A DNA stretch of 64,000 nucleotides from Friedmanniella sp. (GCA_045806705.1 JBJMIS010000026.1:1592-65591), one strand, 5' to 3'. Shown: positions 51,916 to 62,800, numbered from the stretch's first letter. Translations and numbers: made by a program. Notes: generated by a model from the sequence alone, not told the origin.

Positions 51916-52896
51916 GTGACCATCGTGCTGGTGGGCCCGACCGCCGTCGGCAAGTCCGCACTGGCGGTGGCGCTGGCGCACCGCTACCGGCGGGCGGGCC
52001 AGCCAGCCGAGATCGTCAACGCAGACTCGATGTTGGTCTACCGCGGGATGGACATCGGCACGGCCAAACCCACGGCAGCCGAGCAGCAGGGCGTCCGCCA
52101 CCACCTGCTCGACGTGCTGGACGTGTCGCGCACCGCCACGGTGGCGGAGTTCCAGCAGATGGCCCGGGCGGCCATCGCGGACTGCCGCGAGCGGGGCGTC
52201 CTGCCGGTCGTCGTCGGAGGATCGGCCCTGTACGTGCGCGCCGTCGTCGACGACTTCGTGTTTCCGGGTACCGACGCCGACCTGCGCCGGCGGCTGGAGA
52301 CCGAGCTGGCGCTGCGCGGTCCGGAGACGCTGCACCGGCGCCTCGCCGAGCGCGACCCCGCAGCAGCGGCGGCGATCGGCCCCGGCAACGGGCGTCGGCT
52401 TGTGCGGGCGCTGGAGGTGCTCGAGCTGACCGGGGGACCGTACGCGGCGACCCTGCCCGAGCATCGCTACCTGTTGCCCGACGTGGTGCAGATCGGCCTG
52501 GCGATCGAGCGGTCGGTGCTCGATGTCAGGATCGAGGCCCGGGTGGCAGCGATGTGGAGCGTCGGCTTCGTGGACGAGGTCCGGTCGCTGGCGGAGGCAT
52601 CGCCGGGCCTCCGGGAAGGTCTGACCGCGTCCCGCGCACTCGGGTACCGCCAGATTCTGGCTCACCTCGGCGGCGAGCTGACCGAGGAGCAGGCGCGGGA
52701 GCAGACGGTGACTGCGACCCGAAAGTTCGCCCGCCGCCAGCTTGCCTGGTTCCGCCGCGACCCACGCATCCACTGGCTGGCGTGGGACCGGCCGGACCTG
52801 GTGGAGTGTGCGTACGAGGTCGGCGGTCCCCACGGCAACGGCCGCCCGGAGGCGGCCCGACAGGGCAAGCAGGGTCCCTCGGCGGTGGGAGACTAG
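51916..52896 (+). CDS. miaA: tRNA dimethylallyltransferase
   Basis: GPTAVGKS, NADSMLVYRGMDIGTAKP, VGGSALY, FARRQLAWF. Confidence 0.96.
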   Translation: MTIVLVGPTAVGKSALAVALAHRYRRAGQPAEIVNADSMLVYRGMDIGTAKPTAAEQQGVRHHLLDVLDVSRTATVAEFQQMARAAIADCRERGVLPVVVGGSALYVRAVVDDFVFPGTDADLRRRLETELALRGPETLHRRLAERDPAAAAAIGPGNGRRLVRALEVLELTGGPYAATLPEHRYLLPDVVQIGLAIERSVLDVRIEARVAAMWSVGFVDEVRSLAEASPGLREGLTASRALGYRQILAHLGGELTEEQAREQTVTATRKFARRQLAWFRRDPRIHWLAWDRPDLVECAYEVGGPHGNGRPEAARQGKQGPSAVGD

Positions 52897-52901
52897 GGCG
52901 C

Positions 52902-53741
52902 ATGCGCCGATGGTCGTTCAGCAAAGGTCACGGCACGGGAAACGACTTCGTGGTTCTGCTCGACCGGGAGGCGACGCTGCAGGTCGGGCCCGCTGAGGTG
53001 CGCTACCTGTGTGACCGGCACATCGGGATCGGCGGGGACGGCCTGCTGCGCGCGGTTCGAGCGGGACGCGTCCCGGAGTGGGACGGCGACGGCTCTGTGT
53101 GGTTCATGGACTATCGCAATGCCGACGGCTCGGTGGCAGAGATGTGCGGCAACGGCGTGCGGGTGTTCGCCCGCTTCCTCCTCGACAACGACCTGGCAAG
53201 CGGCCCGGTCGTTCCGATCGCGACCCGCGACGGTCTCAAGGAGGCCACGGTCCTGCACGACGGCCGGATCCGCGTCTCGATGGGGCGGGTCACCGTCGGC
53301 GATGCCGGGAGAAGTGTGGACGTGCGGACTGCCGACGGCGCAAGCTTCCGGGCGCTGGCCGCCGACGTGGGCAACCCGCACGCCGTCAGCTTCACCGACG
53401 ACCTGGCCCGGCTGGACCTGCACGCCGCACCGGCGTTCCCGGTCGACCGGTTCCCCGACGGGGTGAACCTGGAGTTTGTGCGGGTGCTCGAACCGCGGCA
53501 CGTCGCGATGCGGGTGCACGAGCGCGGTGTCGGCGAGACCCAGTCGTGCGGAACCGGCACCGTCGCCGTGGCTGCCGCGACCCGGCTGCACACCGGCGAT
53601 CTCGCTCCGCTGCCCGTCACCTATCGCGTCGACGTGCCCGGGGGCTCCGTCGAGGTCGAGCTGACCGATGAGCAGGCATTCCTGACCGGCCCGGCAGTGC
53701 TGGTCGCCTCGGGTCACGTCACCCTCCCCGAGGACGGCTGA
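52902..53741 (+). CDS. dapF: Diaminopimelate epimerase
   Basis: FSKGHGTGNDF, NADGS.AEMCGNG, GNPH, ERGVGETQSCGTG. Confidence 0.96.
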   Translation: MRRWSFSKGHGTGNDFVVLLDREATLQVGPAEVRYLCDRHIGIGGDGLLRAVRAGRVPEWDGDGSVWFMDYRNADGSVAEMCGNGVRVFARFLLDNDLASGPVVPIATRDGLKEATVLHDGRIRVSMGRVTVGDAGRSVDVRTADGASFRALAADVGNPHAVSFTDDLARLDLHAAPAFPVDRFPDGVNLEFVRVLEPRHVAMRVHERGVGETQSCGTGTVAVAAATRLHTGDLAPLPVTYRVDVPGGSVEVELTDEQAFLTGPAVLVASGHVTLPEDG

Positions 53742-54028
53742 CAAGCCGGTATCCCGCCGATCGCGGCCGGCGTTCCGGGCTGTCCGACGACTGAGGACAG
53801 GACCGGGTCACCCGTCGTGGGTCGCTGGCGCCCCCGCGGGTGGGGCGACCGGGGCTCCGGCGACGGGCTCCGCTCCAGGGTCACTCTGCACACCTTGTGC
53901 GCGCCTTGCTCAGGCTGCAACCTGTGCAAAGCGCGAACTTGTCAGGTTTACCTGGGGAACCGACGCCAGGTGAGCCACGCGACAACTCCCTCGCCGGGCT
54001 TGGCCGTCCATGAGATCCTGGGGGGACG

Positions 54029-55546
54029 ATGACTTCACCTGAGCCGCAGCCCGCGCACTCGCTCCCGGAGCCCGAAGACGACCTGTTGATCGAACGTCTC
54101 GACCCGCGGGACCATCCCGAATACACGCGGTCGGCGTCGGGCTCGGACGACGTCGACGCCTACGACGGGGACCAGCAGGACCTTGCCGATCGGCTCTCCC
54201 TCCGCCGGGTGGTCGGCATGTCCACCGAGCTGAGCGACATCTCCGAGGTCGAGTACCGCCAGCTCCTGCTCGAGCGGGTCGTGCTGGTCAGCGTCTGGAC
54301 GACGGGCAGCCAGGTCGACGCGGAGAACTCGCTCGCGGAGCTCAAGCTGTTGGCCGAGACCGCGGGGTCGCAGGTCCTGGAGGGCCTGATCCAACGCCGG
54401 AACCGTCCCGACCCGGCCACCTACATCGGCAGCGGCAAGGTGGCGGAGCTGCTCGACGTGGTCGTTGCCACTGGCGCCGACACCGTCATCTGCGACGGCG
54501 AGCTGACTCCCGCCCAGCTGCGCAACCTCGAGGACCGGGTGAAGGTCAAGGTCATCGACCGCACCTCCCTGATCCTCGACATCTTCGCCCAGCACGCCCA
54601 GAGCGCCGAGGGCAAGGCCCAGGTCGAGCTGGCCCAGCTGAACTACCTCAAGCAGCGGTTGCGAGGCTGGGGTGGCAACCTGTCCCGGCAGGCCGGTGGC
54701 CGGGCCGCGGGGGGAGCGGGCATCGGTGGTCGCGGGCCTGGCGAGACGAAGCTGGAGACCGACCGCCGGCGGATCAACAGCCGGATCGCCAAGCTGCGGG
54801 CCGCCCTGCGGGAGATGGACAGCACCCGCGAGACCAAGCGGGCGGAGCGACGTCGGAACGAGATCCCGTCCGTCGCCATCGTCGGCTACACGAACGCCGG
54901 GAAGTCGAGCCTGCTGAACCGGCTGACCAACGCCGGCGTCCTCGTGGAGGATGCCCTGTTCGCCACGCTCGACCCCACCACCCGCCGCGCAACCACCAGC
55001 GACGGCCGGGTCTACACCCTGACCGACACGGTCGGCTTCGTCCGGCACCTGCCGCACGACCTCGTCGAGGCGTTCGCGTCCACGCTCGAGGAGTCCGCGC
55101 AGGCGGACCTGCTGCTGCACGTGGTCGACGCCTCCGACCCCGACCCGGACGGTCAGATCAGCGCGGTCCGGACCGTCCTCTCCGACATCGGCGCTGGTGA
55201 CCTTCCCGAGCTGATCGTGCTGAACAAGGCCGACCAGGCCGATCCCAGCGTCCTCACCACGCTGCGCTCCAGCTACCCGGGTGCGGTGATCGCCTCCGCC
55301 CGGACGGGCCAGGGACTGGACGACGTGCGGTCAGCGGTCGAGTCGCGGCTGCCCCGGCCGGAGGTGGTCGTCCGGGTGTTGCTGCCGTATGAGCGTGGCG
55401 ACCTGCTCAACCGCATCCACCAGGCCGGGGAGATCATCTCGCTGGAGCACACCGAGGACGGCACCGTGGTGAATGCTCGCGTGCTCCGGTCCCTCGCGGG
55501 GGAGCTCGCGCCCTACCACCTGGCCGGTAGCAGCACCTCGGCGTGA
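54029..55546 (+). CDS. hflX: GTPase HflX
   Basis: LILDIFAQHA, RGPGETKLE, GYTNAGKSS, DTVGF, NKAD. Confidence 0.97.
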   Translation: MTSPEPQPAHSLPEPEDDLLIERLDPRDHPEYTRSASGSDDVDAYDGDQQDLADRLSLRRVVGMSTELSDISEVEYRQLLLERVVLVSVWTTGSQVDAENSLAELKLLAETAGSQVLEGLIQRRNRPDPATYIGSGKVAELLDVVVATGADTVICDGELTPAQLRNLEDRVKVKVIDRTSLILDIFAQHAQSAEGKAQVELAQLNYLKQRLRGWGGNLSRQAGGRAAGGAGIGGRGPGETKLETDRRRINSRIAKLRAALREMDSTRETKRAERRRNEIPSVAIVGYTNAGKSSLLNRLTNAGVLVEDALFATLDPTTRRATTSDGRVYTLTDTVGFVRHLPHDLVEAFASTLEESAQADLLLHVVDASDPDPDGQISAVRTVLSDIGAGDLPELIVLNKADQADPSVLTTLRSSYPGAVIASARTGQGLDDVRSAVESRLPRPEVVVRVLLPYERGDLLNRIHQAGEIISLEHTEDGTVVNARVLRSLAGELAPYHLAGSSTSA

Positions 55547-55606
55547 CGTCTCGGCCGCGGGCGGCCGCGACCGATGTCCACAAGGTGAGGCTCGGCAGAA
55601 GTGGAC

Positions 55607-55628
55607 TGTCGGCGTCGGCCGTTAGAGT
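55607..55628 (+). promoter_or_regulatory. PafBC-type leaderless promoter of dinG: TGTCGGCG-N8-TAGAGT
   Basis: One mismatch to consensus; 6 nt before GTG 55635. Confidence 0.75.
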
Positions 55629-55634
55629 TCTGCG

Positions 55635-57731
55635 GTGAGCCCCGTCTCGACTGCCGCCGCGACTGCGGTGCGCGCCGCCGGCCACCGCGAGGTTCTGGAC
55701 GCGGCGGTCCACGGGATCGGTGGGCGGGAGCGGCCCGGTCAGGTCGCCATGGCGGACGCCGTCGAGGACAGCCTGGCGACCGGTCGGCACCTTCTGGTGC
55801 AGGCCGGGACGGGGACCGGGAAGTCCCTCGGCTACCTCGCCCCGGTGCTGGTCCGGTTGGCCGGGTCCCGGGAGCGGATCGTCATCGCCACCGCCACCCT
55901 CGCGTTGCAGTCGCAGCTGGCCGACAACGACATCCCTGCGGCCTTGGACGCTGTCCAGCAGACGACCGGCAAGCGTCCCCGCCACGCCGTCCTCAAGGGA
56001 AGGACGAACTACGCCTGCCTGCTGCGGGTCCGCGACGGCGGTGAGACCGACCAGAGCACCCTGATCTCGGCCGCCGACCTCGTCGACACCATCGCCGCCT
56101 CGCCCCGGAGCACGCCCGAGTCGGCCTTGGGCGCGGAGGTGCTGAGCCTCCGCGAGTGGGCCGAGTCCCAGGCGTCCTCCGGCGGGTTGGCCGACCGTGA
56201 CGACGCGCCCTCCCACACCGACCGCGGCTGGCAGCAGGTCTCCATCCCCGTCCGGGAGTGCCTGGGCGCGCAGCGCTGTCCTTTCGGCGACGAGTGCTTC
56301 GTGGAGAGGTCGCGCGAGGTGGCCCGGGGGGCCGACCTCGTGGTCACCAACCACGCCCTGCTGGCGATCAATGCGATGCACGGCGGGACCGCCCTGCCCG
56401 AGCACTCCGCCGTCATCATCGACGAGGCCCACGAGCTCGTGGCCCGGGTCACCGGTGCCGCCTCGGCCGAGCTCATGCCGCAGCAGGTGGAACGGGTCGC
56501 CCGACGTGCGCTCACGCACCTCGACGACGACCTCGGTCTCGAGCTTCTCGAGTCCGCTGACGTCCTCCGCACCGCGCTGGAAGCGGCACCCCTCGAGCGG
56601 GTCGAAGACCTGGAGTCCGGCGTCGTCACTGCCTGCGAGGCCGTCCGCAACGCGGCACGGGACGCGGTCAGCGCCATGACCGGCGGCGAGGACCGGCAGG
56701 ACGCGGAGCGTCGCCAGGCCGCCGCCGCTGTCAAGGAGGTCTTCGACAACGCCGAGCGGATGGCCGCGCTGAAGCCGACCGACGTGGTCTGGGTCAGCGA
56801 GTCAGAACGGATGGGACGGGCGGTCCGCGTCGCCCCGCTCACCGTCGCTGGCCTGATGCGAGACAGCGTCTTCGCCGAGGCCACGACGATCCTGACCTCC
56901 GCCACGCTCAAGCTGGGCGGCGACTTCGAGCAGGTGGCGGCGAGCCTGGGGCTCCGGGCCGCCGAGCGGGACGACTCTGTCGGCGTCGGGCAGCCTCAGG
57001 TGCGGGACGCGGACAGCGCGGACGCGGCCGGGCACGGGTCGGACCTCGACGACGGTGTTCGCTGGCGAGGGCTGGACGTGGGATCGCCCTTCGACTACCG
57101 CCGTCAGGGAATTCTCTATCTGGCGCGGAACCTGCCGGCCCCGGGCCGGGACGGACTGTCACCCGCTGTGCTCACCGAGATCGCCGAGCTGGTCTGGGCC
57201 GCCGGCGGGCGGACCCTGGGACTGTTCTCCTCGCGGCGGGCGGCGGAAGCCGCGGCGGTGCACGTGCGCAAGCAGCTGCCCAAGCTGCCGGTGCTGTGCC
57301 AGGGCGACGCACAGCTCTCGGAGCTCACCCGGCGGTTCGTGGCTGAGGAGCAGACCAGCCTTTTCGGCACCTTGTCCCTGTGGCAGGGCGTCGACGTGCC
57401 CGGCCGGACCTGCTCGCTGGTGATCATCGACCGGGTGCCGTTCCCGCGACCCGACGAGCCCCTGACCCTGGCGCGGCAGCGGGCAGTCGCCGAGGCCGGC
57501 GGGAACGGCTTCATGGCTGTCGCGGCCAGCCATGCGGCTCTGCTGCTGGCTCAGGGTTCGGGTCGCCTGATCCGACGGCTGGACGACCGGGGGGTGGTCG
57601 CCGTGCTGGACCCTCGCCTCGTCACGGCCCGCTACGGCAGCTTCCTGCGCTCCTCGATGCCGCCGATGTGGCAGACCAGCGACCGGGAGACGGTCGTCCA
57701 AGCGCTCCGCCGGCTGTCGGACCAGAACTGA
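55635..57731 (+). CDS. dinG: DinG/YoaA family helicase
   Basis: QAGTGTGKS, KGRTNYAC, Fe-S Cys residues, DEAH, TSATL, QGSGRLIR. Confidence 0.93.
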   Translation: MSPVSTAAATAVRAAGHREVLDAAVHGIGGRERPGQVAMADAVEDSLATGRHLLVQAGTGTGKSLGYLAPVLVRLAGSRERIVIATATLALQSQLADNDIPAALDAVQQTTGKRPRHAVLKGRTNYACLLRVRDGGETDQSTLISAADLVDTIAASPRSTPESALGAEVLSLREWAESQASSGGLADRDDAPSHTDRGWQQVSIPVRECLGAQRCPFGDECFVERSREVARGADLVVTNHALLAINAMHGGTALPEHSAVIIDEAHELVARVTGAASAELMPQQVERVARRALTHLDDDLGLELLESADVLRTALEAAPLERVEDLESGVVTACEAVRNAARDAVSAMTGGEDRQDAERRQAAAAVKEVFDNAERMAALKPTDVVWVSESERMGRAVRVAPLTVAGLMRDSVFAEATTILTSATLKLGGDFEQVAASLGLRAAERDDSVGVGQPQVRDADSADAAGHGSDLDDGVRWRGLDVGSPFDYRRQGILYLARNLPAPGRDGLSPAVLTEIAELVWAAGGRTLGLFSSRRAAEAAAVHVRKQLPKLPVLCQGDAQLSELTRRFVAEEQTSLFGTLSLWQGVDVPGRTCSLVIIDRVPFPRPDEPLTLARQRAVAEAGGNGFMAVAASHAALLLAQGSGRLIRRLDDRGVVAVLDPRLVTARYGSFLRSSMPPMWQTSDRETVVQALRRLSDQN

Positions 57732-57755
57732 GCCCCGTCCTGCCGAGGCGCAGGC

Positions 57756-58583
57756 TCACACCTTGCGGAGGACCGCGACCACCTTGCCGAGGATCGACGC
57801 GTGGTTGCCGTCGATCGGGTCGTAGGCCGGGTTGTGCGGCATCAGCCACACCTGGCCGTCCTGACGCTTGAAGGTCTTGACCGTGGCCTCGTTGTCGAGC
57901 AGCGCGGCGACGATGTCGCCGTTGTCGGCGGTGGGCTGCTGCCGGACCACGACCCAGTCCCGGTCGCAGATCGCAGCCTCGATCATCGAGTCGCCCCGGA
58001 CCTCGAGCAGGAACATGGTGCCCTCTCCCACCAGCTGGCGGGGGAGGGCGAAGACATCCTCGACCTGCTCCTCGGCGAGGATCGGACCGCCGGCAGCGAT
58101 CCGTCCGAGCACGGGCACGTGCACAGGCGCCGGGTAGGTGTCGTTCACGCCCGTCTCGTCGTGTTCGGCGACGCTGCCGCCGTCCGACCGCGGGGTGGCG
58201 GGCACCTCGGCGACCTCGTCACCGGGTAGCAGCACCTCCAGGGCGCGCGGCCGGTTCGGGTCGCGGCGGAGAAAGCCCTTCTGCTCCAGCACCTTCAGCT
58301 GGTGCGCCACGCTGGACGAGCTGGCGAGACCGACCGACTCGCCCATCTCCCGGATGCTCGGCGGGTAGCCGCGGGTCTCCACCGCTTCCTTGATCACCTC
58401 GAGGATTCGGCGCTGGCGACGGGTCAGCCCGTGCGCGTCCGCCGGACCGTCGGGCAGCGACCGGACCGTGGCCGCCCCTCCGAGCTGGGCCTCGACCTCG
58501 GCCGCACTGGGGCGTCCGCGTTTGCGAGCGCGTGGCGGCGCGACGGGCTCGGAGGTGGGAGGGAGATCTTCGCGGTCTGCCAT
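57756..58583 (-). CDS. lexA: SOS repressor LexA
   Basis: [13 protein letters not shown] cleavage site, GDSM, ATVKT. Confidence 0.98.
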   Translation of the reverse strand: MADREDLPPTSEPVAPPRARKRGRPSAAEVEAQLGGAATVRSLPDGPADAHGLTRRQRRILEVIKEAVETRGYPPSIREMGESVGLASSSSVAHQLKVLEQKGFLRRDPNRPRALEVLLPGDEVAEVPATPRSDGGSVAEHDETGVNDTYPAPVHVPVLGRIAAGGPILAEEQVEDVFALPRQLVGEGTMFLLEVRGDSMIEAAICDRDWVVVRQQPTADNGDIVAALLDNEATVKTFKRQDGQVWLMPHNPAYDPIDGNHASILGKVVAVLRKV

Positions 58584-58615
58584 GGGGCCGACACTAGGGA
58601 AGAGCCGGTCACGAA

Positions 58616-58811
58616 TCAAACACCTGTTCGAGCGTGTCGTCCGTTCCCCAGGAGCCACTGCCGACCGGGCGGAAAGTGTCAGTGCCGGGTGGTGCTCTGT
58701 ACTGCGAAGCCGGGCTGGGCCGCTCGCGGATTCGATGGAGATTACCGAACATCCATTCGAATACCCTTGGCAGCCGGGTCCGGATGCGGTACAAATCAAA
58801 CACACGTTCTA
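58616..58811. promoter_or_regulatory. Three LexA boxes (58616-58631, 58745-58760, 58796-58811) plus a PafBC-like motif at 58677-58698
   Basis: TCAAACACCTGTTCGA, CCGAACATCCATTCGA, TCAAACACACGTTCTA; TGTCAGTG-N8-TGCTCT. Confidence 0.8.
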
Positions 58812-58848
58812 TCGGACGTGGGTTCGGCAACTCCAAAGGAGCTTGGGC

Positions 58849-59238
58849 ATGAACGCTACGACCCTCGAGGCGCCCGCGACCATCGCGCCGCTAGGTGCGT
58901 CACGACCTGCGGCATCGGTACCGGTCGAGGCTCCTCGTCGGCCCCGTCCTCGGACCGGAGGGGGCACGGCTCCTCAGGCGCGGCCGCGGCGGTGGGCGTC
59001 GAGCGACCTGGGCCGGACTATGCAATCGCAGTCCCGTGGCTGCAGCGTGTCGGCGCCCTCACCGGTCGTCCCCCGCACGTCGGGTTGGCGGCTGACGGAC
59101 CGGGGCATCGCCCTGGTGCTGGTGACCGGTCTGCTGATCGTCACGGCGGCGCTGGCCGTGGTGACCCTCACGGCGATCCGGGTGACCGGTGACCGGTACA
59201 CCACCGACGTGGGCCACTCAGTCCTCGCGCAACCCTGA
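58849..59238 (+). CDS. SOS-controlled single-pass membrane protein, probable ChiZ/DivS/YneA-like division inhibitor
   Basis: AAGGAG RBS; divergent from lexA; RLTDRG followed by a TM helix. Confidence 0.7.
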   Translation: MNATTLEAPATIAPLGASRPAASVPVEAPRRPRPRTGGGTAPQARPRRWASSDLGRTMQSQSRGCSVSAPSPVVPRTSGWRLTDRGIALVLVTGLLIVTAALAVVTLTAIRVTGDRYTTDVGHSVLAQP

Positions 59239-59342
59239 GCCGGCTCACGCTCGCCTGACACCACCGCAGCTTTCCCCAGCCCTGGCTCAGCAGTGCCCGG
59301 GCGCTTCCTGTCCGGGTCACTCGGCAGGAGCAGAATGAGCCG

Positions 59343-59765
59343 GTGCCCACAGCGCCGCCTCCGGTCCACGCTTTCTCGTGGCCGACCGCTCTGACGGTCC
59401 TCGGCGGCTTCGCTGCCTACGGCTTGGCGCTCACTGTCCTCTACGCCGCCACCGGGCTGGGCCTGCCGTGTCCCTTCCGGACGTTGACGGGCTGGGAGTG
59501 CCCGCTCTGCGGCGCCACCCGGCTGGCCGCCTCCCTGCTGCAGGGCGACCTGGCCGCCGCCTTCGGCTACAACCCGGTCGTCCTGGTCGCTCTGGTCGTG
59601 CTGACCGTGGTTGGGGCGCTGGGGACGGTGGAGGTGCTGGGCGGTCCTGCCGTACGCCCACCAGGGTGGGTCCGGGCGGCCGCCGCCCGGCTCGGACCGG
59701 TCGGGTGGCTGCTCGTCGGCCTCGGTGCCGCTGTCCTCGACGTCCTGCTCCGCCATCTGCTCTAG
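59343..59765 (+). CDS. DUF2752 membrane protein
   Basis: PCPFRTLTGWECPLCGATR...GDLAAAFGYNP. Confidence 0.88.
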   Translation: MPTAPPPVHAFSWPTALTVLGGFAAYGLALTVLYAATGLGLPCPFRTLTGWECPLCGATRLAASLLQGDLAAAFGYNPVVLVALVVLTVVGALGTVEVLGGPAVRPPGWVRAAAARLGPVGWLLVGLGAAVLDVLLRHLL

Positions 59766-59782
59766 TCCGTGCGTCGTCCTGG

Positions 59783-59828
59783 GCAGCAGAAGGGGAGCCC
59801 GCTGACGCGAGCTCCCCTTGGCTGCTGC
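59783..59828. terminator. Strong hairpin between convergent genes (likely bidirectional terminator)
   Basis: GCAGCAG-AAGGGGAGC ... GCTCCCCTT-GG-CTGCTGC inverted repeat. Confidence 0.7.
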
Positions 59829-59843
59829 TCCTGCCGTCGAGCG

Positions 59844-62800
59844 CTACGAGCGCGGCAGGTTGACCACCTCGGCTCGTCGACCGGTCTGGCCGCCCAGGTG
59901 CAACAGCAGGGCGGGGACCCGGTCGGCGGCGACAGCCTCAGGTTGTGCCCCGGACTTGGTCGTGGCGCTCAGCCGGGCGGCGGCCGCCGCTGACGGGGTG
60001 GTGTAGGGGAGTGCCTCGCCTCCCGCGTCGACGAACAACGGCCACGGCGTCCGCACCGCCGGGTTGGCGACGTCGAAGTTGACCCAGGGGGTCTCGTCGA
60101 TACCGGTCGGGTCCCCGTACGGCGAGAACGTCGTCACGGAGTAGCGGATCGGCAGGGTCGAGGCCGTGCTCGGGAGTCCGAGGGCGGACACGACGACCGG
60201 CAGCAAGGTCACGTCGTTGTCGTAGGCGTTGGTGTCGGTGTCGCCCGCCAGGAAGTTCGCCGACATGAGGCTGATCGGCTTCCCGTTGGCGTCGAAGAGG
60301 ACCGAGACCGGCTGGTCGGTCTCGGGCAAGGTGGTCCCCACGACGGTGAAGTCCGTCTTGCCGTCGCCGTTGGTGTCGATTGCCACATTGGCTTTCCAGC
60401 CGCCCTGCAGCACCCCCCGGTCCCAGGTCGCGACGCCGAACCACAACACCCCGTCGTTGGCCATGGTGGTGCCCTCCTCGGCGAAGGACCCGGCACCGAC
60501 GTAGCGCAGGTCCGCGGACCGTGCGGAGCCGTTGACCACGCAGCCGCTGGTCTGCAGCAGCGCGCAGGTCGGCAGCTTCCGGCTCGTGGCGCCGAGCGCG
60601 AGCACCGAGACCGCCGACTGGTAGGCGGCGGAGGGAGTCGATTCCGAACCCTGGTCCACCCCGCGACCCGTCAGGTTGATCACCGGCTCGCCGTTGTCCG
60701 TCCCAGCGGCCGCCTTGGTCTGCGAGACCGGCTTCGCCGCGCCGTAGACCGGGACCCGGAGCGGTGTCCGCCCCGTCGGCGTCACCAGCAGGTGGCCGGA
60801 GGCGTCGGGCACGAACTGCCGGGGCTCCTCGGTCTTGGTCAGGGTGTTGACCGTGGTGGTGCTCATCGTCGGGTCGATCGTCCGGCGAAGGCTCGTCGTG
60901 CTGACCGTCATGGTGACGCGGACGTCGACGCGGCTGTTCCCCTTGACTGACACCCGGCTGGGGGAGACGGAGTACCGGACACCCGGCTGCTTGACGACCG
61001 GGTCATAGCCGAGGCTGACCGTCGTCGCCGTGCGGGAGGTGTTGAGCACCCGGACCTTCTGCGACTTGATCACCGTCTTGCTCGTGATCGGGGCCTCGAC
61101 GACACCGAAGGAGACACTCACCCCACCGGCGCCCAGGGAGTAGGCGACCACGGGGGTGGAGGTGGCGTACTCCGCGTCGACCCGGCCGGAACCCACCCGG
61201 GCCGGGCCGTAGCGCAGGCCCTTCCGGTTGGGCTCGGTGTAGACGTCGTGGGTGGCCGTGTTCATCACTGCGGCCTTGACCTGCCCCACGTTCCAGCTGG
61301 GGTGGCGGGCGACCACGAGCGCTGCGATGCCCGCCGTATGCGGTGCCGCCATCGAGGTGCCGCTCAGCGTCGACCGCCCGTTGCCGGTGCCGGTGTCGGC
61401 GGAGGTGATGGACTGGCCGGGCGCCGCCACGTCGGGCTTGACGACCCCGCGCGCTCCGTGGTTGCCCCGGGAGCTGAACGTGCTCAGCGTGTCGGTGATG
61501 CTGGGGTCGTTGACCGTCACGGTGCCGGCCAGCGCGCCCGAGAAGGTGACGCGGAGCGTCTGGTTCTGGGCCGCCGGCTTGAGCGCCGCGGAGGCCGGCC
61601 CGGTCAGCTGGAAGACGGGGATCTCCTTGCTGCCCGCGATGCCGCCGGCGAACTCGCTCGTCGCCTGGGAGGTGAAGAGAGCGCCGATCGCTCCGGCCGC
61701 CGCGACGTTCTTGCTCCGGTCCCCCGACCCGCAGGCGCGGGTCGCTGCGTTGTCGTCCCACTCGAGCCAGGCGACCTTGCCGACCACCCGAGCCGCATCG
61801 GCGGGGGAGAGCGGGTCACAGCCGTCCAGGTTGTCGGCCGCGCTGAGGGTGCTCACGGTGCCGCTCACGTCAGCCGCGGTGGCCCAGGGGTAGTCCACCG
61901 AGTTCTGTCCTGCCTGTACGCCGGCCAGGGTGCTGGGTGCCTCGACCCGGAGGCCGTCCACGACGTTCCGCGGGTCCACCGAGCTCGCGACCGTCAGAGC
62001 GCGGGTCGCGTTACCCGGGCTGCCATTCGCGTCGGTGAAGTCGCCCGCGTTGCCGGCGGCGACGACCGGCAGCACCCCGTGCTTGGCCAGGTTGTCGATC
62101 ACCGCGTTCTCGGGGTCGTCCGCCGGTGCGAAGTCAGAGCCGAGGGAGAGGTTGACGATGTCGAGGTGGTCCGCCGGGTTGCCGTCGCCGTTCGGGTCCA
62201 GGGCCCAGTCCAGAGCCGGCAGGACGAGGTTGCTGCTGCCCGTGCAGCCGAAGACGCGCAGGGCGTAGAGCGAGGCGCTCGGCGCCATCCCGGGACCGAT
62301 CTTCAAGGCGTCGAGCTTCGACGCCGTCAAGGTCCGGTAGTCGCCGGTGAACGGCTTCCCGTTGGCTTCGACGCCCACCCCGGCTGCCGTGCCGGCGACG
62401 TGGGTGCCGTGGCCCTGGCAGTCCAGCGGGTTGGGGTCGGGACGCGGGATCTGGTCAGCCAGGTTCGCGGAGTCGGCGTTGTAGGAGTCGCCGGCGAAGT
62501 CGTAGCCGCCGACCACCTTGGCGGTCGGCGTCCACGGCTGTCCGGAGGCCGCCGTGGTGTGCGCGACCTCGTAGGCCGCCGCGGTGCCCTGCCCGCCGAA
62601 GTCGGCGTGGGTGTAGTCGATGCCGGTGTCGATGACGCCGATGCTGACGCCCTTGCCGGTCTGCCCGGTCTTCTGCCAGGTCTTGAGGACCTTGGTCAGC
62701 TGTGCGGCGGAGGCGTTGTTGATGGTCCGTTCCGAGACCGGTGTGATCTTGACGACGTCAGGGCGTCGCGCAACGGAGGCGAGCGTCTTGACGGTGGCTC

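Noticed and set aside
51717-53741. 674-aa ORF suggesting an extended or fused DapF
   Set aside because: Upstream part is an alternative frame of miaA; dapF begins at 52902
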